DNA of 64,000 nucleotides from Paraspadella gotoi (GCA_051294375.1 CM119268.1:7464632-7528631), one strand, 5' to 3'; numbered from the stretch's first letter, positions 26,701 to 38,475 are shown. Translations and numbers: made by a program. The notes: a model not told the origin generated them from the sequence alone.

Positions 26701-29700
26701 TATGAATCAAGTAACTTTAGAAGTAAATATTTTTCCAAAGCTCAACTGTTCTGAAGATAAACAAGAAATATGTGTTTTAACACTCTCCACACCGTATAAA
26801 ATACCATTAACCTTGGAAATACCGTGGGGGGTTTACCATATTGGAACCTATGTCCAAAATCCAAAACTTGAGTCTCATCTAACATATTTTCTAGAGATTG
26901 ATTCCATACCTTCGCCATCACTGTTGGCGCGTTATGATGGAATTTTAAAAGAAAATTGTGCTTGGCGAGAAGGAATGCGATTGGAAGCTCTGGATAAAGC
27001 AACAGGAGGCATAATATGTGTTGCGACAGTTACAAGGGTGAAAGAACATTTTAATTCTGGTAACCCACGTATACAAATTAAAATTCACTTCGATGGTTGG
27101 AGTACAAAGTATGACTACGATACAGATATTTTTGACAGTGAATTGCATCCTCTGGGTTACACTAAAAAGCAAGACAAAATTCTACAAACTGCAAAATGTT
27201 ATTGCAAAGATGAGGATGAACAAGTCCTATTTTCTTGGGATCAATATTTAAATGATATTGCGGGTAACTGTGTACCTTCTTATCTTTTTCACGGTGATCA
27301 AAAAGGCAAAGGTTTTGATGACGTTTTTTATTTTAAAAACGTTAAGAATGAAAAGCATCCATATTACTTTGGCCAACTTTTGGAAGTCACAACTGATTCG
27401 GATTTTCAACTACAGGCCGCGATGGCTGTTGAAAGACCAGAAATTTATGAATCTTCCACGAAAGTTAGAATATTACTTCTTCAAAACTTAAACAGGGGAC
27501 CGCATGGCAAAATAGGAAACATGGCAGGACCAACCGTACAGCTTTATGATGTAAACTCTATCAAATTGCATCCTGTTGGTTACCATGAATATTTACTTTC
27601 AAGTGATCCATTATATGCAGAAAAGCATTTGCCATTCATTTTTATTGATGATACTTATACAAAAAATTTAAGTGCATACCGAAAGAGATGGATTAAATTT
27701 ATGACAGATTACAATATGCAGCCTGTTGATCACAGTAGCTTTACTGATATGCAAAAAGTTGGTTGCACAGATTTTATGAAAACTGAAACAGAAAATCAAG
27801 ACAACCTTGAAGACGCAGAATTTGACTCATCATTGATAACTTCTCCTTATTTGTTGAGGAGATGCTTAGACAAGATAATGATGGAGAAATTGGTCAAATT
27901 AAAACTAATCAAGTTTGTTTCATTATTAAGATGTCCTCCTGCCATACTTTTTCCTACAAATATCTCTCTCAGGTCCTTTTTCCATCCTACATCTACTGAT
28001 ATATATTCGTGGGAAGATCAAAAAATTAATTTTTTATGCACCGCGTTTGATAATTACCACCTAAATTTTGACAAAGGTTCACCTCACAATTTCGACATTG
28101 AATCTTGTAGTCAGTTTTTTGCAGTAAGCATTATTTTATTGCTTATAAGTAGCGACAACTCTCCTAAAGTTATCATTCCATCTGAAATTTTTGAAGAAAG
28201 CGATGAAACTCCTAATGTAAACTATTTGGAGAAAGATTATAAATTAGCTCTCTCAAAGATTGCTTCAATATATCTCAGTTTTTTCTTGTTTTTAAATAAT
28301 CATTCTACCCTATTTAGTAACATTGAATCCATAGAGGAAGACGAAAAAACCCGGCTTTTTCAAAGCATCACACCATGGCTTTATGAATTATGGGATAATA
28401 ATAAAAGCAATGATGGATTGTGGTTTAAAAAGTTTATGCCAGGAACAGAAGCAAAGACGAATTATGTCTGTAATGGACATGCTAAATGCATTCAAAATGA
28501 TAGTGATTTAGATAAAATTCCTGAAGAAGTTAAAAATCTGACTCATATTGAGGAAATACAATTTTCCCATAATAAAATTATTATAGTTGACTATATCTGG
28601 GATGGATTAATGCGAATAGACCTTTCATACAATAAAATTGAATTACTTCCAGAAGATATTAAAATTTGTACACGCCTTAAATTTTTAGATGTTTCTTACA
28701 ATAGGATAAAAAATATTCCAGAAGGTCTCATAACATGCAGAAATCTTACATCACTATCAATTTCAGGAAACCCTGTTCAAAATCTCCCAGACAATTTTGG
28801 CGATTTACAAAACTTAACAGATTTTGCAGCAAACAATACATTACTCTATGAACTTCCCAAATCATGCAAAAACTTAAAAAGTCTTTCCAAAATTACTCTG
28901 AATGAAAACCAAACTATTAATATGAACGATGTGATCTGTGACTTGAATTTGGATTCATTACAAATTGCTGGTTTGCCGTGGATTTCCTTAAAAAACAAAA
29001 CCGACTCAATTACATTTAAAGAAGTTGAGAAATTCTTAGAAAATTACCATGTATATATGCAAAAAGAATTTATAAAATGGAGAGAAACCTTTGATATGTA
29101 CGATGTAAAGCAACAAGGATTTCTAGACAAAAATGGTTTGCAAAAGTTTAATGCTAATCTTATTATGTTTGAACATCCAATGTACACCATACCAAAACCC
29201 CTATTTAAAATTAAAACACTAAAAACCTTAAACCTTTCAAGACAGTGTTTGAAAGAAATTACCGACGATATTATAGAGCTTGTCAATTTACAACATCTTG
29301 ATGTTTCTTATAATCCTCAACTTGAATCATTGTCATCAAATATTGGAGAGCTTCCTTTAAAAAAATTGATCTTAGATGGTTGTTTTGCGATTAAAACCCC
29401 ACCCATAGAGATAGTTAAGAAAGGGTTTTATGCTATTATTGGTTATATGAAACGTTTATTGACCGGGTCAGTAACTTGTAAAAGAACAAAGTTGATGTTG
29501 ATTGGCCTTGGGGGTGCTGGGAAGACCAGCCTTCTTCAATCCTTGCAAAACTCAGGCACGTCAGAATCATTTGATGCGACAGATACTGAAGTGACAGATG
29601 GCATTAATATTTCCACTTGGTACATTCCTGACAAAGATCTGACCTTCTCCGCCTGGGATTTTGCTGGTCAATCAGTTTACTATAATACCCATCAATTCTT

Positions 29701-32700
29701 TTTGACAAACAGAGCAATTTATCTTCTGTTGTGGAACATGCGCCTTGGTTTTGAGCATGCTGGCTTGCAATTTTGGCTCAGTTCTGTTAGCTGCCATGCG
29801 CCCAATGCCCCTATTTTTGTGATAGGGACACACTCAGATCAAATATCCCGATTTACCCTGCCTGTTGATACTCTAAAAAAACGCTTTCCACAAATTGTTG
29901 ACTTTTACAATGTAAGTAGTTACACTAATGATGGAATTGACCAGTTAAGGTCTGACATTATAGAATGTGCTCTTCAAGAATGGTATATGGGAGAAAAGAT
30001 TCCTAAGGTATGGCTAAATTTTGAGAAAAGTTTGGTGGAAAAACAAAGATTAGATCATTTAGATTATGTTTCCTGGGATGACTTTAGTACTCTAGGTTAC
30101 AATCAAGGTGTAGTAGAAGACAGTGAACTTTTAGAAGTTTGCCAGTTTCTGCACGAGCTTGGCTCTGTACAACATTTTGAAACAGAAACACTCAAAGACA
30201 AAGTAGTAATTAATCCTCAGTGGATAGTTGATGTCATGAAATGCGTCGTTTCTATAAATGACTCGGCTATAAAAGATGGCAAATTTTTTCATGAAGATAT
30301 TGGGTCCATTTGGGACGAGTATCCGAAAGACCTACATGAGTGGTTGCTTCATCTCACCGAAGAATTTGATTTAACCTTCCTAGTATCCAAGTCAGAAGAA
30401 AAACCGTACAATCTGGTTCCATGTCTCTTGCCCGAACCTCAACCAATTTTTGTTTGGCCAATTCCTGACATTGAAGGTGGAATATTTGAAAGCCGATACT
30501 TGTATAAATTTAGCTTTATTCCAGCTGGATTATTTAACAGAGCACAGGTACGTTTAAGTCAATATTCAGACAGTTTTGTGATGTGGAAAAAAGGATCCAT
30601 GTTGATTAAAAACGAACAAAAATGCTTGGTTACTGTTGAAGACGGTTCAGGGGTACTTGTAAAAGCTAATGGTAATCATCCCAAAAATATCATCTATCTC
30701 GTTCACGAGGTTATTGACGGGATAATAAGTGAATCCTTTCATGGACTGTCTTATGACCTCATGATACCCTGTAATGATTGCGTTCAAAGCGGAAGCAGAG
30801 ATCCAGCACTTTTTGCGGCCTCAGAAATCAAACGCGCTCTCAATCTCAAAGTCCCAATGTTGCAGTGCCGCCAAAGTTTCCACTCCATTCCTCTAGTACA
30901 GATTCAAACTGAATTGCCGACCGATTCTCGAGATTTTAGTCAATTAAGAGTCCAACTCGAAAACGGAGTGAAGGAAATGGAACAAGTTAGCAGAGAGATG
31001 CAAAAACAAGTGTTTTTCTTGTATTCAGAAAAAGATCAGACGGATCCTGAAGTTGTTAGCCCCAGAAAAATAATGAACGACGTCGAAAACGAAAGCGGGC
31101 TCATCGGTTGCGACAGAGCCGTCCAAGATTCCGAGGAAGACTTGGTGGTCAAGATCAAGACTTCGGGCAATGTCGTCGTCTGCATGTCGAAAAATTTCAT
31201 CGATGACAAAAGAAACGCGGATTTACTCCTATACATTCACAGTATCCTCAAAAAGGAAATGCAAGTCATCGTGATCGACGACCGGTCCAACTGGTCAAAA
31301 ACCACGGCGGGTTCTTTGTTCGCCGGCGAACTGTACGTGAGTTTCACCGACGCCAATCTCTACGAGGCAAAGATAACCGAGCTGATCGCTTTGTTGGAAA
31401 AAAGAAAAACCGAAAAGGAATTCTCCGCATTTCCCCCATGCTTCATTTCCTACTGTTGGTCCAATTCCCTCGAAGCGGTCAAGCACAACAACATGACTCT
31501 CAACGAATCCGCCGTCGGTTGGATGGATCCTCGTCGCCTGAAATCAGAACTCGAGGATCGCGGAGTCAATTGTTGGATGGACATCGAGCAAGTCGGCGGC
31601 GCCGGCGGCCTGTTCGAGGACATCGCCGAGGGATTGCGACGCGCGAAAGTCGTCGTCGCCTGCGTTTCCGAAGAGTACACCAGATCGCGCAATTGCCAGA
31701 TGGAGTTTCGATTTGCCTCCACGTCGCTGCGTCTCCCAATCATCGTCGTCGTGGTGGGCAAGAAAGACGCTTGGCGCAAGAGCGAAGTGGGCATGCTGGC
31801 GCTCTCCTACCCAGAACTCAACATGCAATACGAGTCTCCCGCCGTCGTCGATCAACTGCACGAGAGAGTCGAGAAAATTCTGCGGGAATCCGCTCAAGCC
31901 GGTCAATCAATCGCCGCTCAGAAAAAGCCAAAGACGAATCAAACCGTCGCTTATCAAGAAATGATCGAACTGAACCAACGTAAGCTGCTGCATCAACTGG
32001 CCGAATTTGCCCAACCCGTCGAAAAAGACGCTTACCCGTTTCCGAGGATCTTTACTCTCGATTTACTCCATGAAGAGGAGGAGAACACCGAGGAAAAGTT
32101 ATTGGAGAAGGAGGAGGAAAAGGTGGAGGATGCAGAGGATAAAAGTGAAAAGACGAAACCAAAAGCGACTTTCAAAAACCTTGGCATCCGTTTTCTCTGT
32201 GAACATGAGAAGGGCTGGCATCCGGTCAGTATGACCCTTCCGCTCCAAGCAAAGAACCAAACTGATCAGTTCTTCCAGGAGGTCTCTGTATACGAAGCCA
32301 TGATTCTTAAGCTAATGAAATGCCTCAAAATATCGCTGGACGTCTACAAGGAGAATCACCTCGTGTCTCAGTTGGAAGCGTTGGCTTCGGCAGCCGGCGA
32401 CTTCGAGACTCACCTGCAAAAGTCATACCTTGCCCTGCATCAAGCCGCCATGGCTGCTGATGTGATGAAGAGATTCGGCGGGCTCAAGCGATGCCAACTC
32501 GCCAGCGGCCACGTCTGTTGGCTCTGCGAGAGTCACATCAAGATGTCGCCCAATGTCTCCGTCTTGAGCTCAAAGGCTCAAACGAAGGCCGCCTTCAGCG
32601 AGGGGGAGTTTGACGACATGGCGCTGCTTACCGAGGAACTCGCCAAGCTGAGGGGGAAGAAGCAGCTGTCGACCAAGCTCAGGACCGTGGCCAAAGTCTT

Positions 32701-34609
32701 TGCCAAGGCGAGTTCGAAATACAAGGCTTCTTTCAGGGCTTCGGAAGAGAGTGAAGACGGTAATGACAAAATAGGCAATAATGTTAACAACGGTGACACA
32801 ATTAATTTTCCAGGGCAAGAAACTAAAAAAATGAACAAAGAAAGCGAAAAAACACAATCGAGTAAGATGTGTTTATTGATGTAAGTATATTTTTAATCAT
32901 TTATCTGGTGAATGTTTTTTTGGGGCGAAAGACTTTGGTGTCGCATTTCCTTTTTTTTTTTCATGGGAATTCATGATCTCATCTCATTCTATTTTTAGAA
33001 CAACATTTTAAAATCCTTTTGATGTTTTTATTTATAAATTACCAAAGGGTTTTGGTATTTTTTTTTCATTTCAATGTTAATAATTTGTTTGCCGAATAAT
33101 TTATTTCATCAGACTTCGATTGACTGGAGTTGAAGAACAAGATACATTCTATTGTCCTATACTATAATATACAACATTTTACTATAATATACTATAATAT
33201 ACTATAATATACAACATTTTACCTTTTACGTTTTACTTTTCTTTAAAAATAAAACTGAGAGAAAAAAACAGTAAGACAGGCGGACAGGCGGACAGAGACG
33301 GACAGATAGAAAGATATTGATAGTTATTAGATAATAATGTGAAAGTGGTTGAAACGTCATCAATACTACTTATTTTTTACCCTATGAAAGAACAATATAT
33401 CCAAAAGTCTAATCTCTTTTTAAACCTTCAAATCTCGATGCGCGATGTCCCGATCGTGAAGGAAATCGACGGCACCGATGATTTGCTGGAAAATCCTCTT
33501 CGCCTCAGATTCGGCGAGAAATCCCAATCGCTGAGAGGGAAAACTTGATCGATCAATCAATCAATCGATTTTTTAAACCAAGTCATGTGAAATATAAAAG
33601 TTAACTCTCAAAAGTGTAACATATTTAAGCAATAAAACCGATCACTCAATCATTCTATAAATGAATCAGTAATCATTAATCAATCGATCCTCCTTATCTG
33701 AACAAATGACCTGGATATGATCCAAGAGATCTCCATCATCCGAAGCCTCCATCGCTATGCAGCATCCGAGCGGAAGCTCCAGTGTCTCGAAAACTCTGAC
33801 GATGTGGGGATGCTGTCAAGAAAGGGATTTCATTTTTTGGGGGTATATTTTTTTGCGGGTTTTATTTTTTTTTCTAGTAAGAAATAAAGAAATTTTAGAA
33901 TATAGCTGACAAAAATATCATCTCGCTAATCGACCCGCTCGTCAAACCATTCGTCCCGAAAATTATCCCTCACAACCGTCCCAGCCAATCATTCCAGCCA
34001 ATCACTCCCGCCAATCATCCATTCTACCTCCAACTCTTTCCAGATGCTCATCTCTCGTCGAAGAAACTTGAGCGAAGTTTCGCTGCTCCGCGTCGTGGCC
34101 TTCAACGCCACTCGAACTGACTGCTGTTGTTTATCCTGTTGCTGATGATGTTGTTGACGATGGTGATGATGATGATGACGATGCCTTCGCCGGCGATTCT
34201 GCTGTTGCAATTGCTGTTGTTGCATCTTCTCCGGTACGACGTAAGCGTAAGCTGGAGGAAACGGAAGATGCGGCGTCCTCTGAGATAACGGTTTGAATTA
34301 TTAAAAAAAAAAGTTTAAAATAATTTTTTTGTTGATTTCGATTGTTTGTTTACAAATTTTCAGTCCCACCTCCCTTTTTCCCGCCGCGTAGAATCCGGCC
34401 CATATCGTGGACAAGTGTCCTTTCCCGATGACGGTATCCAAAGTGTATCCGCATTCCAGCAACGATTCCGCGATGTTCTTCTGTCCGGAATCGAGGGTTC
34501 GCGGGATTCGAGGCGATGGTGCTGCCAAATTTTCCCCTGCCGTCGGCGGCGACAATTGAGAATCTCTCTGTGACTGTTCGTTTGTTGAAGGAGCGGCGTC
34601 GTTGTACAT
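16996..34609 (-). CDS. TSSK: Testis-specific serine/threonine kinase-like (CAMK group), 11 exons, ~540 aa
   Basis: Exons 34609-34370, 34279-34028, 33812-33711, 33530-33426, 19941-19863, 19289-19174, 18845-18702, 18519-18420, 18344-18266, 17721-17600 and 17279-16996 are all GT-AG and in phase. Motifs [33 protein letters not shown]|[14 protein letters not shown] and [38 protein letters not shown] and LSxTFCGS are TSSK hallmarks. The symbol is at family level. Confidence 0.92.
21206..32884 (+). CDS. Kinase-less ROCO protein (VHL-beta, LRR-CC, MBT x2, LRR, Roc, COR, TIR x2, CaaX), 12 exons, ~3055 aa, nested in TSSK intron 4
   Basis: Exons 21206-21344, 22146-22207, 22281-22374, 22581-22676, 22879-22960, 23038-23228, 23724-23851, 23986-24124 (GC donor), 24213-24346, 24418-24622, 24695-24927 and 25220-32884 join in frame. 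Roc: [46 protein letters not shown]: [12 protein letters not shown]...VINPQW. MBT: GMRLEALDK...ICVATV...IHFDGW...LHPLGY. TIR: CFISYCW...CWMDIE...[15 protein letters not shown]. Ends CLLM*. The large exon is certain; the 5' exons are a manual model. Confidence 0.9.
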
Positions 34610-35116
34610 ATTTTTGTAAATCCGATGTTATTGTTGTTTTTTTTCTTAGGCTGCGATTGGTCCTGTTACTTTTTTCGTTTTTACAAATTTTTTTTAGGAT
34701 ATCCCTCTCTTTCTCTCACTCTCTTACGCTGCCTCTTTCTCTCAGGCCCCCATATCTGTTTAAGGTGTTATGAAAATTGGGGCATTAGTTAAGACGACGT
34801 TAGTGGATACAGAATCTTTTTATCTCGTCCGGGAAGAGAGAACTTTCAATATTGATAATACGCGCCTGCGCCTGTAAGAGGATCAAGAAATTAAGGAAAA
34901 ACATCTTTAAAAAAATTTAAAAAACGATCTCTTTCTATAGGAGCTTCTAATTTATTTTTTATAGTTTTTCTCACACACAAAAAAACACAAATTAAAAGTA
35001 AAAATCGGTGGTTTTTATTTCATTACCAATGAAGACAATTTTTACGCAGACCTCATAGAAATTATGATACAATATCATAGTAGTTATTTTCCAGAACACG
35101 ACCTAAAAAATAAAAA

Positions 35117-36795
35117 TCACACGAAGGCCACTTTGTTCACCTTTTCCTCCCAGTGAACGCTCCTCTTCCTCTTCTCCTTACTTTCTTCTTCCTCTTCCTC
35201 ATCTTTCACATCGCTTTCTTCATTCTCTCCTCCCCCAATCTCTTCCTCCCTTCCTCCGCCTCCATTCTCCTCCCTTCCCTCTCCGTCCCCTTTTCCTCCC
35301 CTCCCCTCTTTTTCTCCCTCTTCTTCTTTTCCTTCTCTTCTCAAGGAATTCCTCTTCTTTAGTTCCATCGACGCCGATTCACGCAGAGAATCGACGACGC
35401 CGGTTTTCAACGCGTCAACCGTCAGTTTGGCTCCGCTTTTTACCTAAACAAAAATTAATACTGATAAAAAAATAATATACTACAGCATTAATAATACAAT
35501 ACAAAAAGACCATAAATATTTAAAGATTTTTCAACTTAATTTATAAACAGTGGCACCTAATGCCATATCACAAATGTTTAAAATATGTGTACAAAAATTT
35601 AATAACCATTTCCAGTTCCTCCTCGTGCCTTCTCTTCAGCTTTTCCACATCCTCCTTCCATCGTTTTTCCACCTCCTCCTTTTCCGCTTCCACTTTTTTC
35701 AACTTTTCCCGCCATTTCCTTTCCGCTTCTTCCTTTTCCGCTTTCCATTTTTCCGCTTCTTCCTTACGATCTTCGTCGATTCGTCGAATTTTCCTCTCGA
35801 AGTTCGATTCGATTTCCGCTCGAATCGCGGATTCCATGTCGCGCCGAATCTCGGCCATGTCTCGACGGAACGAAACAAGGGTTATTTCATGATTATTTAG
35901 TGTACAATGCTACAAATAATTATAAATATTAAGAAATAAATAATTTATTATTTTGCTTTGTATTTGTTCAATCATTTCGTCTTTTACTCAATGTATGATC
36001 AGTTTTTGATCACTCATCCATATTTACAACGGTTCATTCACTCATTCATTTATTCATTTATTTATTTATTCATTCATTCATTCATTCATTTATTCATTCA
36101 TCGATTCATTTTCTTCACCTACCTGTTCCATCGCCCCTCGGCAGCGACGCGGCCACCATCATGTTTCTGTTCCAGGCAAAAATGATTATTAAGTCGGGAA
36201 GCGAAAACTAGTATTTCAGACAATTTATATAATACATAATTACATATTCATATTAAATCCGTAGTTTTGATTCAAAAATTTTGAAAACTGAACCGACCTG
36301 AGTCCCGCGGCGGCGCCTCCGCCACCAGAATCGATGTCCCTAACTTTTTGTCTCATCAACTCGACCTCCTTCAACACTTTCCCGCTCTTTTCTTGGATGG
36401 CCTGATCAGTGGTCAAGGGGGTCAAGGGGTCAGGGGCCAAGAGGGTCAGTCGTCAATAGCCATTGGTCAATGGTCATTGCTCGGTGAAACGCACTAAACA
36501 TTTAAATCGAAAGTCGCTGTAATTCTTGGCGGTTTGGGTCGTCGATGGAAAATTAACTTGTCGATTATCAAGGGAAACGAATACCAATATTATAAAATAA
36601 AATACGAAACGTAAACGAACCAGTAGTCAAGTACAAATTACGAACCGATGATATTTGTTTTTTGTCCGTAATTTTTGCCCAAGGTAATACATTACATACC
36701 TGAATGCGGTTAACGAGCCGCTTGGCCGCATCCGTTTCTTCTTCAGACTCTGACCCTTTACATCCGGGACGTTTCGATGCTGAGTTCACCATCAT
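35117..36795 (-). CDS. Uncharacterised coiled-coil protein, 5 exons, ~274 aa
   Basis: Exons 36795-36700, 36401-36298, 36166-36123, 35860-35607 and 35443-35117 are phase-compatible GT-AG and GC-rich. Charged heptad-like region EEAEKWKAEKEEAERKWREKLKKVEAEKEE and an acidic tail. Confidence 0.7.
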
Positions 36796-36915
36796 TAGAG
36801 TTTTAGCCACATGCGTAATTGTTAGATTTCGTGGTATTTTTTCATAGATTTATGTTTATTTTCGTTGGTAACTCTTTGTCGCGAAGTCTTCGTTCTCAAG
36901 TTTTAAGTCATCGCG

Positions 36916-36993
<78 letters not shown>

Positions 36994-37531
36994 GGGATTT
37001 TGTCCCCTGGAGGGGCAAGGATTGGAGAAATAAGGCGATTTACACATAAAAACGGGAAAAGATAAAGTTTACAAAAATTTGCATCGATTTTGATTCTGGT
37101 CCCCATCAACAGCTTTAATGTACAATGTAATGAATCCCCCCGAAAGCATAGAAAATACAAAATATTTTCTACAATGTACAATGTAAAATGTATATTACAC
37201 AAGTTTTGGTAACGTTTTTTTACTGCGGCCGTTAACGTTTTATGTTATGGGATTGATACGTGAGAAATATGGCACAAATACGTAAAACCAAATATTTAAA
37301 AAGGTCCTCGGTTTATTTTGTCATTTTTTATTCTTGCATTTGTAACAGTAAACCAATTCCATTGACCCCAGTTAAATAAATTTTTTTTTCAAACCCAGTA
37401 ATTCCCGCATAAAAAAAACAAAACATTGTTTTTTATTGCACCCTGAGGCCTGAATAGAACACAGAACGTTTGGACAAGAATTTTCGTCAAAGTTCCGTTT
37501 AATTTTGTTTCGCACCACCTGATCTTGGAGG

Positions 37532-37686
<155 letters not shown>

Positions 37687-37742
37687 ACGCTCGTCACTTT
37701 TCCTCCATGAGCGTCGATACGTGTTTTCGCATTTCGACTTTC

Positions 37743-37756
37743 GTTTCCATGGCAAC
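37743..37756. promoter_or_regulatory. RFX X-box
   Basis: GTTTCCATGGCAAC matches the canonical X-box (GTNRCC/GTTNCC-AT-GGNAAC type). It lies in the intergenic region between the divergent coiled-coil gene and the GPCR. Confidence 0.65.
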
Positions 37757-38475
37757 GACGTCTCCCGTTTCCTTTCATTCGTCGATCCATTTCACCCGAG
37801 TTTTTCGCAAATAATCGAAGAATTCAAGAGTTATTTTAACATTTCAAATTAACGTTGTGCAAATGTGAGTTGTGATAAACGCGAGACTAAAAATGTTCCA
37901 AAATTTTAAGCTTATTCGTATATTTCAATTATCATCTTACTATTCTCAAGTGCTTAAACTTTTGGCTTTGTATGAAAATTTAACGACAGAAATGACTTAA
38001 TAAATAATAACATTTATCTAGAGTCGGTGTACTTGTGTAGAATAATTTATTTTCCTACTTTACGATGATCAAATGCCGAGTTGTACTTTCAGCCGTGGTG
38101 ACGTGAATATCGATTATAACCAAAAAGAACATTTTATGATTTAATAATTTGTTGTGCTTTCAAATTAATAATACGAATTAAACTAAACAACCGATCTCGT
38201 TTGTTTTTTTTATACTTTTTAGTCTATTTAGTCTTATATGATTTCTTGTACTAACTTTAAAAACCAGCCCTTTTCTGTATTTTTATTTGTGTTGTATTTA
38301 AATTCTCTTTCATTTCAATGTTTACGTTTTCGTTATGGAGGATTTTTAAATGACGATGTAAATATAATTATAAATAAACATCTAAGTCCTTGCAAATTAC
38401 AATAATTATTATTTCCAATTTTAAAAAACTATTTAAAAACCTAAATTCGTTCGAGATATGCCTCTTCTTGCCTCC

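Noticed and set aside
31438-31983. Overlapping alternative-frame and antisense ORFs over the TIR region (and over TSSK and bZIP exons)
   Set aside because: Expected by-products of GC-rich codon usage, with no recognisable domains.
25325-32884. Calling the large ORF LRRK1/LRRK2, or a single-exon gene starting at TTG 25325
   Set aside because: No kinase motifs follow COR (TIR domains instead). An acceptor at 25219 links in frame to 11 upstream exons, so the ORF-track start is not the real start.
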